Positions 26,639 to 39,640 of a DNA stretch of 64,000 bases are shown here, in pieces (the stretch's first letter is position 1; the number at the start of each line of letters is the position of its first letter). This DNA comes from Octopus sinensis (Eukaryota), in assembly GCF_006345805.1 (NCBI RefSeq), contig NC_042998.1, forward strand, positions 87,172,001 through 87,236,000, in the 5' to 3' direction. A model generated the notes under the pieces. The model saw nothing but the letters and a program-made list of their open reading frames with translations. It was not told the DNA's origin and ran no database searches. Position numbers and translations under genes: made by a program.

Positions 26639-26729
26639 ATTCATGATGGTCCTAATCTGTCTTATATTCAGTGTATTGTCTACAATTGAACAATATGCAG
26701 AATTTGCAAATGAAACTTTATTTTGGATG
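26639..26729 (+). CDS. KCNQ1: Internal exon of a KCNQ1 (Kv7.1)-type voltage-gated K+ channel: end of S1, S1-S2 loop, start of S2
   Basis: Long polypyrimidine tract ending ttttctag, then A TTC ATG ... TGG ATG, then gtaaat donor. Translation [30 protein letters not shown] matches human KCNQ1 [30 protein letters not shown]. The 91-nt length and phase 2/0 match human exon 2 (c.387-477) as I recall it. [13 protein letters not shown] and TLFWM are KCNQ1-type rather than KCNQ2-5. Confidence 0.92.
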
Positions 26730-27925
26730 GTAAATATAACATTTTTATTTTCATGATAAAACTAGAAAATAAACCCAGACAGTGCATTTCTTCAATTTTA
26801 ATTTCATCAAATTATGTATTTTTATTAATATTTGCTTTATCTATATATTACATATATAGCTTTTTACTTGTAGTTTTTTTTTTTTTTTTTTTTCAAGTTC
26901 TATAATATAGCTTAACACCATATTGATACAATTGAATTTTCATAAAATTTCAACAGCAATTTCTTATACTCCACATCAATCCAATTATTTTGTGTTAAGA
27001 AAACTTCCTAATTCCTCAGTACCATCCTAACATCACCCAGATCATTATATGCTAAATTGCTTTGTCTTTTTAACCTCTAACCAAAATTTTGTTTCATTAT
27101 TATTGAAGTGTTTTACATAAGACAGTGCATGCAATCTCTCTTTAAACTGATTGCATCTATTTGGAACTTCAGGTCATGAAATTCATTTTCCAGCATAATT
27201 AATTGAAATACAATTGTATTATCTTCATAGTAACTATAATGGACAATAGGCTCAATGTTTTCCCCTGGAAAAGATATAGAAAGCCTGGGTTCAGCTCTTT
27301 CTCATTTGAACAGACATAAAACGCCTATATGATGTTATTTCAACAAGGTCTTGCATATTAGCAGATTTTATTTAACTGCCATTTTCTAAATATTTCATTG
27401 TTTTTAGAAAAAGAAAAAGTTATGTTGACCTATTGAAATTTGGAAAAGGTTTTGTACCTTTGTTGTTTCACAAATATTCTATACAGAAATTCAGTAATTT
27501 ATATTTTGTCTAGGTTCATTTTTTCCAGATTTAATGCTTAGTTGAAGCATTTAGTGTAATATATATGATTAGTACCCTTTGAGCTAAAGTCAGAATAATT
27601 TGTTTTGGAACTGGTTTGTTTAACATAACACCACTATACTTGTAAAATATAGAATTCAATGCTAAGATTATAAAAGAAAGAATTTACTTTATTTTTAAAA
27701 TTAGGATGGACATATGCTTAGACTGAAAAATGTTGAAATGAATTTATTTTTAAAAATACCCCAAGAACTGCAAGAGAAATAAAATATACAGTTTAAAATA
27801 TAGTTATTTTTGTGCATGTCACTTTAGCAACAGAAAAAATTACAAGGTTCCATATCTTGAAATAGCTTTGTATAATCTTTCCTTATACATATATATATAT
27901 ATATATAATATATATATATATATAT

Positions 27926-27980
<55 letters not shown>

Positions 27981-30900
27981 AAGAGATTAAAGAATAAATA
28001 TTGACTTTTAAGCCTATGTTTCAGAAAGTGTAGTATATTTCATTTACTCCCAGAAGCTTTGCTCAATTCAGACAGTGGCAAGAACAACACTGCTTTAAGA
28101 GAATACACTGTGGATTTCAGTTGATTTTGAATGAATGTCATAAACATTTTGATTTTCAGTTGCAAGTCATGAAAAGGGGATGATTCTACTCGTGTTTTTC
28201 TCTAAAGTGACATATGTACTGGGCTTAATCTTCTTTTCTCTATAAGTTTCTATATGATATCTCATAGTTTTCTTATAAATTTTTTTTTTTCATATCCATA
28301 CTGAACTATATAGATTGGTGGAGGAATTTGCATGAGTCTCAAAAGTCATATGCTATGCAAGCATGTTATACACCTGAAATCTAGAATCCTTTTGATTCCA
28401 ACTTGTCTGAGACCACCCCTAGTTCTATGATACATTCTTCCTATTAATGTTATTATTTATTATTTTCAAAATTAATTAAAACAAAGACAGTGTTCTTAAT
28501 TGGAAATATAGCAACAAAAGGGTTAATAATACAATGTGAGATTAGATATTAAGAATTGCATTAATGTTACTTTTCATTAAAGACTATATTCATTAGAATT
28601 TCAGGGTGTTGTCACTTCTGTTGTCAACGTAGGATTCCACTTTGTGCAAAAAGTAGATAGTATGAAGCATGCATAAGGAGTATGTTGCTGCTTGCTAGTG
28701 AAACAAGACCATTAAATATAAAAGATCTGTGAGGACTGGGGAGAAATGAGGCAAGAATGATCAACTGAAAGAGTAGGTAAGCATTAACAGTATCAGCTAA
28801 AGAATACAAGAGAGATGACTATAAATTTGATGCAAACAGACAATGAAATGCTTGGTGTGAACAAAATGCCATGTTATGCCAAATATGATTACTTGTACGG
28901 ATGAGGAAAAGAAGGATAGTAGCAAGATTAAATTTCTGAATTTTGGATCTTACAGATAAGATGACAAAATCCAAGTGGATTAGCAATATGTTATATAACT
29001 GAGCCATACAACCTATAACAACTTAACAAAATAGATGCTAGAACAATGATGATAATGTGGAGAAGGAATAGGAATAGAAGAAGGGGAAGGAGGATGAATT
29101 GGAGGGACAAGAGGAGATGGAAGGTGAAGAAAGAATGAAGATGTGCTGTTGATGCATGAAGGGGACCAATTTTAACAGTATTGCTTCTGTCCAGTAACTT
29201 CTTCCATTTGGTAATTTCTTATTTTGTATTTAATTATCCTTTTCTTTTTATCTTATATCTACTCTGGTTCATTAATAACTATCTGAAAATGTAGTCTTAA
29301 TCGTTCTATCATTTTTATTTTTATCACAAGTACACCATCTAAAGTAGACACATTATTAATTTTACTGACTTTCTTCATACTTAGATAGAGGGCTACACAT
29401 TAATAAGTCAGGGAAATGAAACTGTGTGAAGATATTTAAGACATTCTTCAGAGCATTAGGGGTGCTAAAGTACTGAACTGAGTTCAACTTTAGGAATTAA
29501 CTTGAGTCATTGATTAAGCTCATTAGCTTTTATTATACAGCACTTACTGAATATTTCAATCAGCAAGATCTAAAGTATGTAACTATCATGAGATTTTGAG
29601 GTTTTGATTCCAATGTATCAAACAAGACATAATGTATTCATAGAAAATATTAATGTGAGAGATGACATCAATTTATTTTCAATGTATCCCCAGAAGACAG
29701 GCAACTACTAACCTGTATAGTATGATAATTCAACATGGTTAAGCAGGACATGTTTATTTCCAAAAGATCCATAAAATATAAGTTTTGATAAAAGAGTAAT
29801 TAATACATAGAATAATTACATTTTTCAAATTACAATGTTTATAAGAAAAAAAGATTTGAGTTAAACATGCTGTGGAAGTAGTGTTAAGAATATTGTTATT
29901 GTTTAAGTTAATATGTGTTTTTCTATATCTGTAGTCTCTCTTGTACTCACCTTCTTGTACATTGAGAGCATGCCCTGATACCTTATCACAACTACCTTTA
30001 TCTTTCTTTCCAGCTACTCATCATTATTTAGTGCAGGGTTGTCTTTCAAGTTACCTCACTGGTGTTAATGGCACAAAAAAGCACTCAGTACAGTCTATAA
30101 AGTGGTTGGCATTAGAAAGGGCATCCAGCCATAGAAACTATGTCCAAGCAAAATTTGGAGCTCTGCACAGTCTTCTGGCTTGTTGGATACAACCAAATAC
30201 TCCAGCTTATGGCAGTATGGAATACAGACATTAAATAATGATGATAAAAATATATAAATAACGAGCTTCTTCTAGTATTTGTCTATGGAATTCTCCCCCA
30301 AGGCATTGGTCAGCCTAAAGCTACAGAAGAAAATATCCAAGCTTGCATGTTGTGGGACTGAAACTAAAGCCAGATGATTGAGAACTGTACTTCCTAACCA
30401 CACAGTCATGTCTGTGCCTCTATATTTTTCTAATAAGACACTTTTTGGTCATGTGTAATGTGAATGGTAAATGTTGAAATAAAAGACTGGAAATCAACTT
30501 GTTAAAGTAACATGGGAGAATTGAGACATAACAAATTAATATGCTGTGCAGCTGAAGCCAGCAGGCTGCACCAGGTTCCGATTTGATTTGGCAAGGTTTC
30601 TATGGCTGGATTCCCTTCCTAATACTAACAACTCTAAGAATATTGCAGGTGTTTTTAACATGCCACCAGCATGGGTGCCAATGACTTGACACTGGCATTG
30701 GCCATGACTATGGTCTCACTTGGCTGACAGGTCTGCACAAGCATGGTGTATTGCCAAAGGTCTCTGTCACCTATTACTGCCTCCATGAGGCCCAACACTC
30801 GAACAGTGCTTTTTATGTGCCACTGGCATGGATGCCAGTCAGACTCCACTGACATTGGTCACAAACCTACACCTGTTTCCAAGCAAAGAAAAAGAAGATA

Positions 30901-31491
30901 TCTGGCAATATGGAGTTCTTGAGAAAACCCACCCATGTGTGAAACTGTGTTCTAGAAGCACTCTGTTTTCCACCCACATGTAACAAGTAAACCTTTTACA
31001 CATCCTACTCCAACAAGCCAAACTACATCTCTTCTTTTCCTCACATCTCCTTCATGCACTACGCTTATCTCTCACTCCCCAATCTTGTCCTCATGGCCCT
31101 GTACATTGTATCATTGCTATCCAGTAGCCCCCCCCCTCCATATACCCAGGTTTTCCCCACTCCCTATATTCCCTCCCCTACTCTTTACTAATACTTCTTT
31201 GGCAATGCCCTGCCACTTATATTATGACCTCCATACTGCAAGGGTATGCCTTGATACTTGCCACCATCTCTCTCACTCTCTCTCCTTTTACTCAACCATT
31301 CCATCTATATTCTGATTACTTGTCCATCCCATTTACATTCTGATCCCTGTCCCTCATGAGTATATCCAGCATTTTGCCACCTGCTCTCTCTTTCAGTCCT
31401 GCTGTCTCCCACTCTCTCTCTCCTTCTCCTGCACCCCCTTGGGTTGGTTAACCATGTATCTCCTTTACAGCAGCACACCTATTTCTGTCCT

Positions 31492-31532
<41 letters not shown>

Positions 31533-31796
31533 TTTCTCTCTCTCTCTCACACACAAACACACACACTCTCTCTCTCTCTCTCTCTCACTCTCTGGTTGGG
31601 TAACCATGTACCTCCCCTACAGTAAGACACCTGTTTCTGTCTCACTATAACTTTTCATCATCTAACACAAGATCCCTTTCTCTAATGCCCCCCACCTCAA
31701 AGGATCTTTGTCTTGTAAGTTGCTTGGTGACCCTGCCTGTGCTGGTGCCACTTAAAAAGCATCCAATCTACACTGTAAAGTGGCTGGCATTTGGAA

Positions 31797-33829
31797 GGGC
31801 AAATGAAAAGAATGAATGGGAGTAAGAGAGTCTGCCACATGTCAACCCAACAGAGGGACCAGGTATCCGAATTGACAGTACCTTGATAGATAGAGCAATT
31901 AAGGTTATGAAGACAAGGAAAGCCCTCGACCCGCCAGAAATAACTGCTGAGATGCTTAAAATATCTGGCAGTATAGGCTATAGTCCAGTCACCCATATAA
32001 TTAACCAGGTGATACTTGAAGGAGTCATACCCAATGACAGGTGTAGCAGCAATATAATCAACTGCTACAAAGGTAAAGGTAACGCCTTAGATAGAAATAT
32101 TTACAGAGGTATCAAACTGTTGGATCAGGTGATGAAAGTCATGGAGAGGGTTATAGCCCAATTAATTAGGGAGAGAGTTAGATTAGATGAGATGCAGTTT
32201 GGATTTGTGCCAGGGAGAAGCACCATTGATTCTATATTTCTGGTAAGACAGCTGCAGGAGAAATTCCTAGCCAAAGAAAAACTTCTGTACATGGCTTTTG
32301 TTGACATGGAGAAAGCCTTTGACAGGGTCCCTTGATCCCCTATCTGATGGTCAATGTGGAAACTAGGGATAGATGAATGGTAGGCGAGAGCTGTACAAGC
32401 CATGTACAGGGACACTGTCAGTAAGGTGAAGGTTGGCAATGAGTATAGGAAATAATTCTGGGTAGAAGTAGGAGTTTGACAAGGATCAGTCCTCAACCCT
32501 CTCTTGTTCATCATAATTCTCCAGGCAATAACAGAGGAATTTAAGAAAGGCTGCCCCTGGGAGCTTCTCTATGCTGATGACCTTATTCTAATACCTGAGT
32601 CACTAACAGAACTAGAGAAGAGGTTTCAGGTGTGGAAGCAAGGTCTAGAATCGAAGGGCCTTGAAGTTAACCTAGCAAAACCAAAGTCTTAGTAAGTAGG
32701 AAGGCAGCTAAATCACAAACCCCTTCAGGTAGATGGCCTTGCTCAATCTGTAGAAAAGGCGTAGGTAGAAACTCCATAAGTTGTTTCCAGTGTAAGCTAT
32801 GGACACATAAGAGGTGCAGCAATATCAAAGGAAGGTTAACTGAGATGATAGTTTTTGTGTGTGGAAGATGCACAAGTGCAATAAACACTGAAAATGTACA
32901 GCAAACAGATTCCATTACATGCCAGGGGGAAAAACTAGACGTAGCTGATAGCTTCCATTACCTAAGTGACCAAGTCAGTAGTGGGGGTGGATGGTCTGAG
33001 ATCATAGCTGATAGAATAAGAATAGGCTGGGCAAAGTTCTGAGAACTCCTACCTGGTAACAAAGGGCCTCTCACTCACAAACAGCCATGCTACACAGCAG
33101 AGAAACATGGGCTGTGACTGCTGAGAACATGCACAGGCTTGAAAGAAATGAAGCTATTATGCTTCACTGGATGTGTAATGTCAGTGTGCATTCATGATAG
33201 AGTGTAAACACCCTGAGAGAAAAGTTAGACATAAGAAGCATCATATGTGGTATGCAAGAGAGACAACTGCACTGGTATGGTCATGTGATGCATATGGATG
33301 AGGATAGCTGTGTGAAGAAGTGTCACCCACTAATAACAGAGGGAACCTGTGGAAGAGGTGGACCCAGGAAGACAGTGAATGAGGTGGTGAAGCATGACCT
33401 TCAAACATTAGGCCTCACAGAGGCAATGACTAGCGACCAAGACTTTTGAGATATGCTGTGCTTGAGAAGACTCAGAAAACCAAGTGAGATTGTAGTCATG
33501 GCCAATGTGGGTGTCGCATAACTGGCCCATTTAAAAGCGCCCTTCAATCATTGGCCAATATGCTGTGCATGTGAAGACCTGGTGAACCAAGTGAAATCAT
33601 AGTCATGGCCGATGCCAGTGCTACCTGACTGGCACCTGTGCCAGTGGCACGTAAAAAGCACCCATTAAACTCTTGGAGTGGTTGGCATTAGGAAGGGCAT
33701 CCAGCTGTAGAAACCTTGCCAGATCAGATTGGAGCCTAGTGGAGCCTCCCAGCCTGCCAGTCCTCACTCAAGCTGTCCAATCTATGCCAGTATTGAATGA
33801 GGACATTAAACGACAATGATAATGATGAT
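31797..33829 (+). mobile_element. 5'-truncated RTE-clade LINE (RT, C-terminus, 3' UTR, (GAT)n tail), pseudogenised
   Basis: YRGIKLLDQVMKVMERV, QFGFVPGRSTIDSIF, MAFVDMEKAFDRVP, WELLYADDLILI, QLHWYGHVMHM, GRGGPRKT; stops and frameshifts throughout. Confidence 0.92.
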
Positions 33830-34764
33830 CCACCAGTAAAAACCATGCTAAACTGACCTCCCCTGTGCTTGTGCCTCATAAAAATTGCTCAGTCCACTCT
33901 GCAGAGTGGTTGGTGTTAGGAAGGGCATCCAGCTGTAAAAACCTGCCAAAAGAGACTCAGAAGTCTGGTGCAGGCTGCTTGCTGCCTGGACAGCTTCTGT
34001 TAAACGGTCCCACACATGCCAGCATGATGATGATGATGATGATGACAGCCATACCTGAGACTACACATGTACAAAATGAAGTGTGTGCAAAATACAAATG
34101 AATTCTTATGATGTTCTTTTATTCTTATATTCAGTTTTCTTTTACTTGTTCCAGCCATTTTGACTGCGGCCATGCTGGATAATTACCTTTAGTCGAACAA
34201 AGTAACCCAGGGCTTATTCTTTGTAAGCCTAGTATTTATTCTATTGGTTTCTTTCACTGAGCTGTTAAGTTATGGGAATGTAAACACACTAACGTCGGTT
34301 GTCAAGCAACAGACACACAAACATATACATATATATATATTTACAATGGGCTTCTTTCAGTTTCTGTCTACCAAAATATATATAAGTATATAATATTATG
34401 AATGATAACAATGATAACATTAATTGTATTGACAACGATAATGATACTAACTTTAATGACACTTTGGAAACTATTATGAAGTAATATAATGTACTATTGA
34501 CTATGTATATTTACATCTAGGTATTATTTTGTGTATGTTTATTATCACAATATTAAGTCAAAAAACTGAGACATTGGGTGTGGAACACATATATATGTTT
34601 ACTAATTTATATTATTTATTTATATCATTATGTAAATGTATATTTTTTTTATATGTATAGGAGTGTGAGTATATGCACTCATATGTATATATATATATAT
34701 GTTGTATTGTGGGTATGCACCCACACCCATGTGGGTATATGTGTAGACTGTGTTATATTACATA

Positions 34765-34891
34765 ATCTCCGAAGAGGCCTTGTGATATTTTTGTTAATGT
34801 CTCATTTATATCTATATATTGACCAACCATAAAGGGCTAATATTGGTAAAATGAGACATAATTATCGACATGGCCGAAACAGCTGTAAGAT
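34765..34891 (+). ncRNA. Type I hammerhead ribozyme motif with ~100-nt stem II and palindromic stem III, in a PLE-like 3' region (about 34500-35135)
   Basis: ATCT / CCGAAGA / GGCC..long hairpin containing atgtctcattt:aaatgagacat..GGCC / GAA / ACAGCTGT / A / AGAT. Position 4 of the core is C instead of U. Confidence 0.75.
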
Positions 34892-35140
34892 CTAATTTAT
34901 ACTTATATTTATATTTACTTGTATTTATATTCTTTTTTTATATATATACTAATTATTATACAACATTACTCATTTATGTACACTTTTTTATGTACATTCC
35001 TTTATGTACACTTATTTGTTCTGCTTTTTATATTTAACCCTACAGTCTCTTGTGGTGGTTTAATAAAGTATGTGATTGAGTATTATCTGGTAATTGATAT
35101 TTGATTTAGATGTATTTCTCCATTTTCTTATCTTGTATAA

Positions 35141-35179
<39 letters not shown>

Positions 35180-35596
35180 CACAATATATATATATTGTTT
35201 TTGTCTACCAAATCCACTCACAAAGCTTTGGTCAGTCCGGGGCTATAGTAGAAGACACTTGCCCCAGGTGCCATGCAGTGGGACTGAACCCAGAACCATG
35301 TGGTTGGGAAGCAAGCTTCTTACCACACAGCCATGCCAGCACCTATGTGTGCACAACAGACAAATAATATCTACATGTTATATGCACAAGTTACAAGTGA
35401 AATTCAGACAATGTGGGCATAAGAAGTAAAGGGATTCTACATGATGTGCACTTTCATACAAGTGAATCTGTAGAAAGTGAATGAACAATTGTATTAGTGT
35501 TTATAAGAATTGTATGAGTTTACGCTCCTGGCTACAATAGGTTTTCAATTGGAAACTGAACTGGCTTGTATGGTGAAATAGTTTTTGTAAACTACA

Positions 35597-36000
35597 GGCA
35601 CAGGAGTGGTTGTGAGGTAAGTAGCTTGCTTACCAATCACATGGTTCCAGGTTCAGTCCCACTGCATGGCACTTTGGGAAAGTGTCTTCTACTATAACCT
35701 CAGGCCGACCAAAGCTTTGTGAGTGGATTTGGTAGACAGAAATTGAAAGAAGCCTGTTGAATATATGTGTGTGTGTGTGTGTGTATGTGTGTCTGTATTT
35801 GTCCCCTGCCCCCCCACAACATTGCTTGACAACTGAAGCTGGTATAGTTACGTCCCCATAACTTAGCAGTTTGGCAAAAGAGACCAATAGAATAAGGCTT
35901 ATAAAGAATAAGTCCTGGGATCAATTTGCTCGACTAAAAAGGTGGTGCTCCAGCATGACCGCAGTCAAATGACTGAAACAAATAAAAGAATAAAAGAATA
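35597..36000 (+). mobile_element. Full-length tRNA-derived SINE. Further copies at about 2390-2560-, 15090-15215+, 30255-30415-, 34115-34370-, 35185-35345-, 40215-40380-, 41030-41350-, 49925-50330-, 50820-51060-, 52005-52150-
   Basis: A-box-like gagtggttgtgagg, B-box-like ggttcagtccc, internal (TG)n and tail aataaaagaataaaagaata; many colinear copies in the window. Confidence 0.85.
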
Positions 36001-36589
36001 CAACTGTGAAAAGTAATGAATTGATAACAGAACGACTCTCATGTTTATTTGTTTTTTGTACATTCTGGTGAGACTGATCTGGATTGCCTGGAGATTTTCA
36101 CATTTGAGTTAATACTCTCTAACTGGTTTACTTTCAAGGTGAGCTTGTCCTATTTCTGGTAAAACTGAACCAGTAAGGTAGGCAAAACATGTAGACTTTA
36201 ATATGTTGTTGCATATCAGGTGACTAGCTGCAAGCTATGGAAGCTTGCTGGTCATTAAACAAGAAACAAGCCAATTTTAAGTTAATGGCTGACAGGTATA
36301 CTGCTGTTAGTTGCACCGTCATATTGATAGATGTCAGTTAAAAGGCAAATTAGAAAAATTTTATAGCTGCTGTCAAAAATAGCTACTTGATCAAAAGTCC
36401 TAATCACCAATTTAGAAAATATGGATGCAAGAACAAAACTATTGTGGTATATATTTTAGTTCTCATTTATTTTCATTATACCATTCTTGGTCTAAGTGGT
36501 ATGATAATTCAATATAATTAAGCAGTACATGTTTATTTCCAAATTGTTTATAAAATTCATGTTGAGTACTGAGAAAAAATTTTCAGTTA

Positions 36590-37881
36590 TGAGGGGCATT
36601 CAATAAGTAATGCTCCTGACCCACTTGCAGTTGTTTGATCTAGCTGAAATTTTGCATGTGCAATTATTTATATCTCTATAGATTAAGTGGCAAATTACAG
36701 CTCTGAAATAATTGTGGTTTCCGATTTACAGGTGTTTGGACTGAGTCAAGTGTGAAATGGAGCATGTTGAGTGTCGAGCAGTGATCCGGTTTTTGTATTT
36801 GAAAGGACGCACACCACGGGAGACTTTTGATGAAATGAAAGTAACTTATGGTGATGATGCCCCATCATATGACCTTGTAAAACGCTGGCATCGTGAATTC
36901 AAACATGGTCGGAACTCTGTGGAAACAGCTCCCAGATCTGGTCGCCCCCTTCTGCCATTGATGAGGCATCTGTCTGTCAAGTTGAGGCTGCCATTTTGGA
37001 AGATCGACGCATAACTATTCGCCAAATAACCCATGAGGTCAAGATTAGTACCGGGTCTGTGAAAACTATCATTCATGACCATTTGCATATGCAAAAAGTG
37101 TCTGCCAGATGGATTCCCAGGTTGCTCACACCTTTCCAGAAGCAAGAACACGTCGATTGCTCGAGGATGAATTTGGAGATGTGCCAAGAAGATGAGTCAA
37201 AATTTTTCAAAAGACTGATTGCATAGGATAAAACCTGGGTCCATCACTATGATCCAGAGACCAAAGCCCAGTCAATGCAGTGGAAGCACCGTGACTCACC
37301 TCCTCCAAAGAAGGCAAGGGTGCAGCCCTCTGCTGGCAAGGTCATGCTTACAGTCTTCTGGGACCAGGACGGAGTAGTGAAGACAGATTTCCTGGCAAAG
37401 GGTGCCACAGTTACAGGAGTCTATTATGCTTCACTTTTGAGGAAATTAAGAGAAGCTATCAAAATCAAGAGGTGGGGACAGATCAGCAAAGGCATCCTCC
37501 TCCTGCAGGATAACGCTCCGATCCACAACTCGCGTGTCGCCAGATCAGAAGCACAGGCGTGCGGCTATGAACTCATCCCCCATCCCCCCTACTCTCCTGA
37601 CCTTGCACCCTCTGATTTTCACCTCTTCCCAGCCATGAAGTTGTTTTTGAAAGGAAAGCGTTTCCCAGATGATGCAGCCTTGATTTCTGAAGTCACGTCG
37701 TGGTTGGAGGACCAAGCTGGGGTCTTCTACAAAAACGGTCTTCAGAGCTGCATCAAACGATGGGAGAAATGCGTAACTCTGGGTGGTTCCTATGTAGAAA
37801 AAGACTAATAACTGTTCCAAGTTTCGTTGCTCTACTGCTATGGGAAGTGGGTCAGGGGCATTACTTATTGAACGCCCCTCG
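36590..37881 (+). mobile_element. Full-length 1292-bp mariner (D,D34D) with inactivated transposase
   Basis: ~37-bp TIRs (tgaggggcattcaataagtaatgctcctgacccactt / aagtgggtcaggggcattacttattgaacgcccctcg); TA at 36588-36589 and 37882-37883; ATG 36757 to TAA 37808 with a -1 frameshift near 36948 and TAG at 37224-37226; WIPRLL, DKTW, QDNAP, YSPDLAPSD with 34 residues between the last two Asp. Confidence 0.95.
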
Positions 37882-39250
37882 TACACTTGTAAGAAAAAAG
37901 TTTTGAGTTAATGTATTGTAGAAGCAGAGTTTAACACATGCCTTTGAATCACTCATGAAGTGTGAAGGCAAAATATTGAGATAAAAGAAAATAAATCAAA
38001 ATATGTATTGAGGTAAGATGGAAGAAGAGATATGGCAAATTGATATCTTGTTCAACTGAAATACATTTTATATTAAAACTAACTGAACAAGAGTAGACAA
38101 TGAATCTGCCAGTTTCTACTCTGGTTGAAACTTACCAAAGAAAGACAGAAATGGAATGCTTTTAGTTCCTATTTATATAGCCAATGTATGGCAAATATGT
38201 TTCAGTCTAGTTGTTCCAATAAACTGGTGAAAAGCAGCAAACCAGTAAAACTTTCCGTAGTGGAATTAGGTTTCACTACATTACAAATCAAACAAAAAAC
38301 ATTTGAAATAAGAAAATATGTATGATAATTCATTTTTTCATATCTATGAACAAGGAGTGTTATTTAAACCCTCAATCAATGTAACTATGAAATTAAAGTT
38401 CTCACTTTAAAGTTGAGTTGCTCACATTTATTTAGGCATATATCTAAATCAATCATCACCAATGAATTATTTGAGTGTTGAAATGAGTAGATATTATCCA
38501 GCAATTGAGATCATAGACTAAAAAATAAATAAAGAATATAAAATAACATTTAAGCAGGAAACATGCACAAACCAGAAATAAGAATGAGTATAAATCAAAT
38601 AAAACAATTAGATAACTTAACATATCAGTTATATGAATAGGGAATGGGGAAGTGTAAGAAATTTGTCAAATAATTAATAGATATATTAATAAATAATCTG
38701 CAAATATGTGTAAGAATATCAGTAATATGATTTTTCAATGAAACAGAAATATCTTGTAAACATTATTGATGAAAATAAAGATTTCTGGAACAATACTAAG
38801 TTGTTAGGACCTATCATGAAATAAGAAGCTTATTGGGTGTGAAAATTAATTAGAACCATGATAGCATTTCACATTCAATACATCCTGTCATGAAGATAAA
38901 TGAATAAATAGTTATAGCAGCTAATCCATGTAGAATTCCTTACTAATCAATACATACTTTGCACAATTGAATCATATAAACACTTTTGTGTAGTCACACT
39001 TATCATCTCATTAGTAGATATAGATATATCATCATCATCATCATCATCATCGATTAACATCTGCTTTCCATGCTAGTATGGGTGGGATATATATATATAT
39101 CTTGCACATGTGTGTGTATGTGTGTGTGTGTTTGTTGTATTTGTGCATGCATATATGTGTGGTATGTGTATATATGTATGTAAGTATGTATGTATATATA
39201 TATATATATATATATACTTACATACATACATATCTACACTTATTTATTAA

Positions 39251-39365
<115 letters not shown>

Positions 39366-39479
39366 ACATGCCAATAAATATAAGTGTGATCATTTTGATT
39401 TTAGATATTGATTGTAAAACATAATTGCATGGCAGCTAAACTTGTCTTTCCTTTAATTTACACCATTTACTTTTTCACC

Positions 39480-39640
39480 AATGTTTGATGACCTCCTTAG
39501 AATTAGTTGCTAACATCTCTAACCTAATTAAAAGTGGGGGTGCATGTTTTGACAGTACTATGGCCAGAGTTAGAAGAGGGTGGAAAAATTTTAAGGAGCA
39601 TAGATATTTTCTGTCAGTGAAGGGCAGATTGTACGATGCT
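39480..39640 (+). mobile_element. Short RTE fragment
   Basis: SGGACFDSTMARVRRGWKNFKE..LSVKGRLYDAC corresponds to the RTE segment near 32985-33070 and 63080-63200. Confidence 0.6.

Noticed and set aside
26711-26719. N-E-T glycosylation sequon in the KCNQ1 exon, absent in human
   Set aside because: It aligns to human T153-T155 at the start of S2, probably too close to the membrane to be glycosylated.
27113-27264. Strong minus-strand acceptor followed by a 49-codon frame (ENIEPIVHYSYYED...)
   Set aside because: Short, unrecognised, and no convincing donor or partner exon; compatible with chance.
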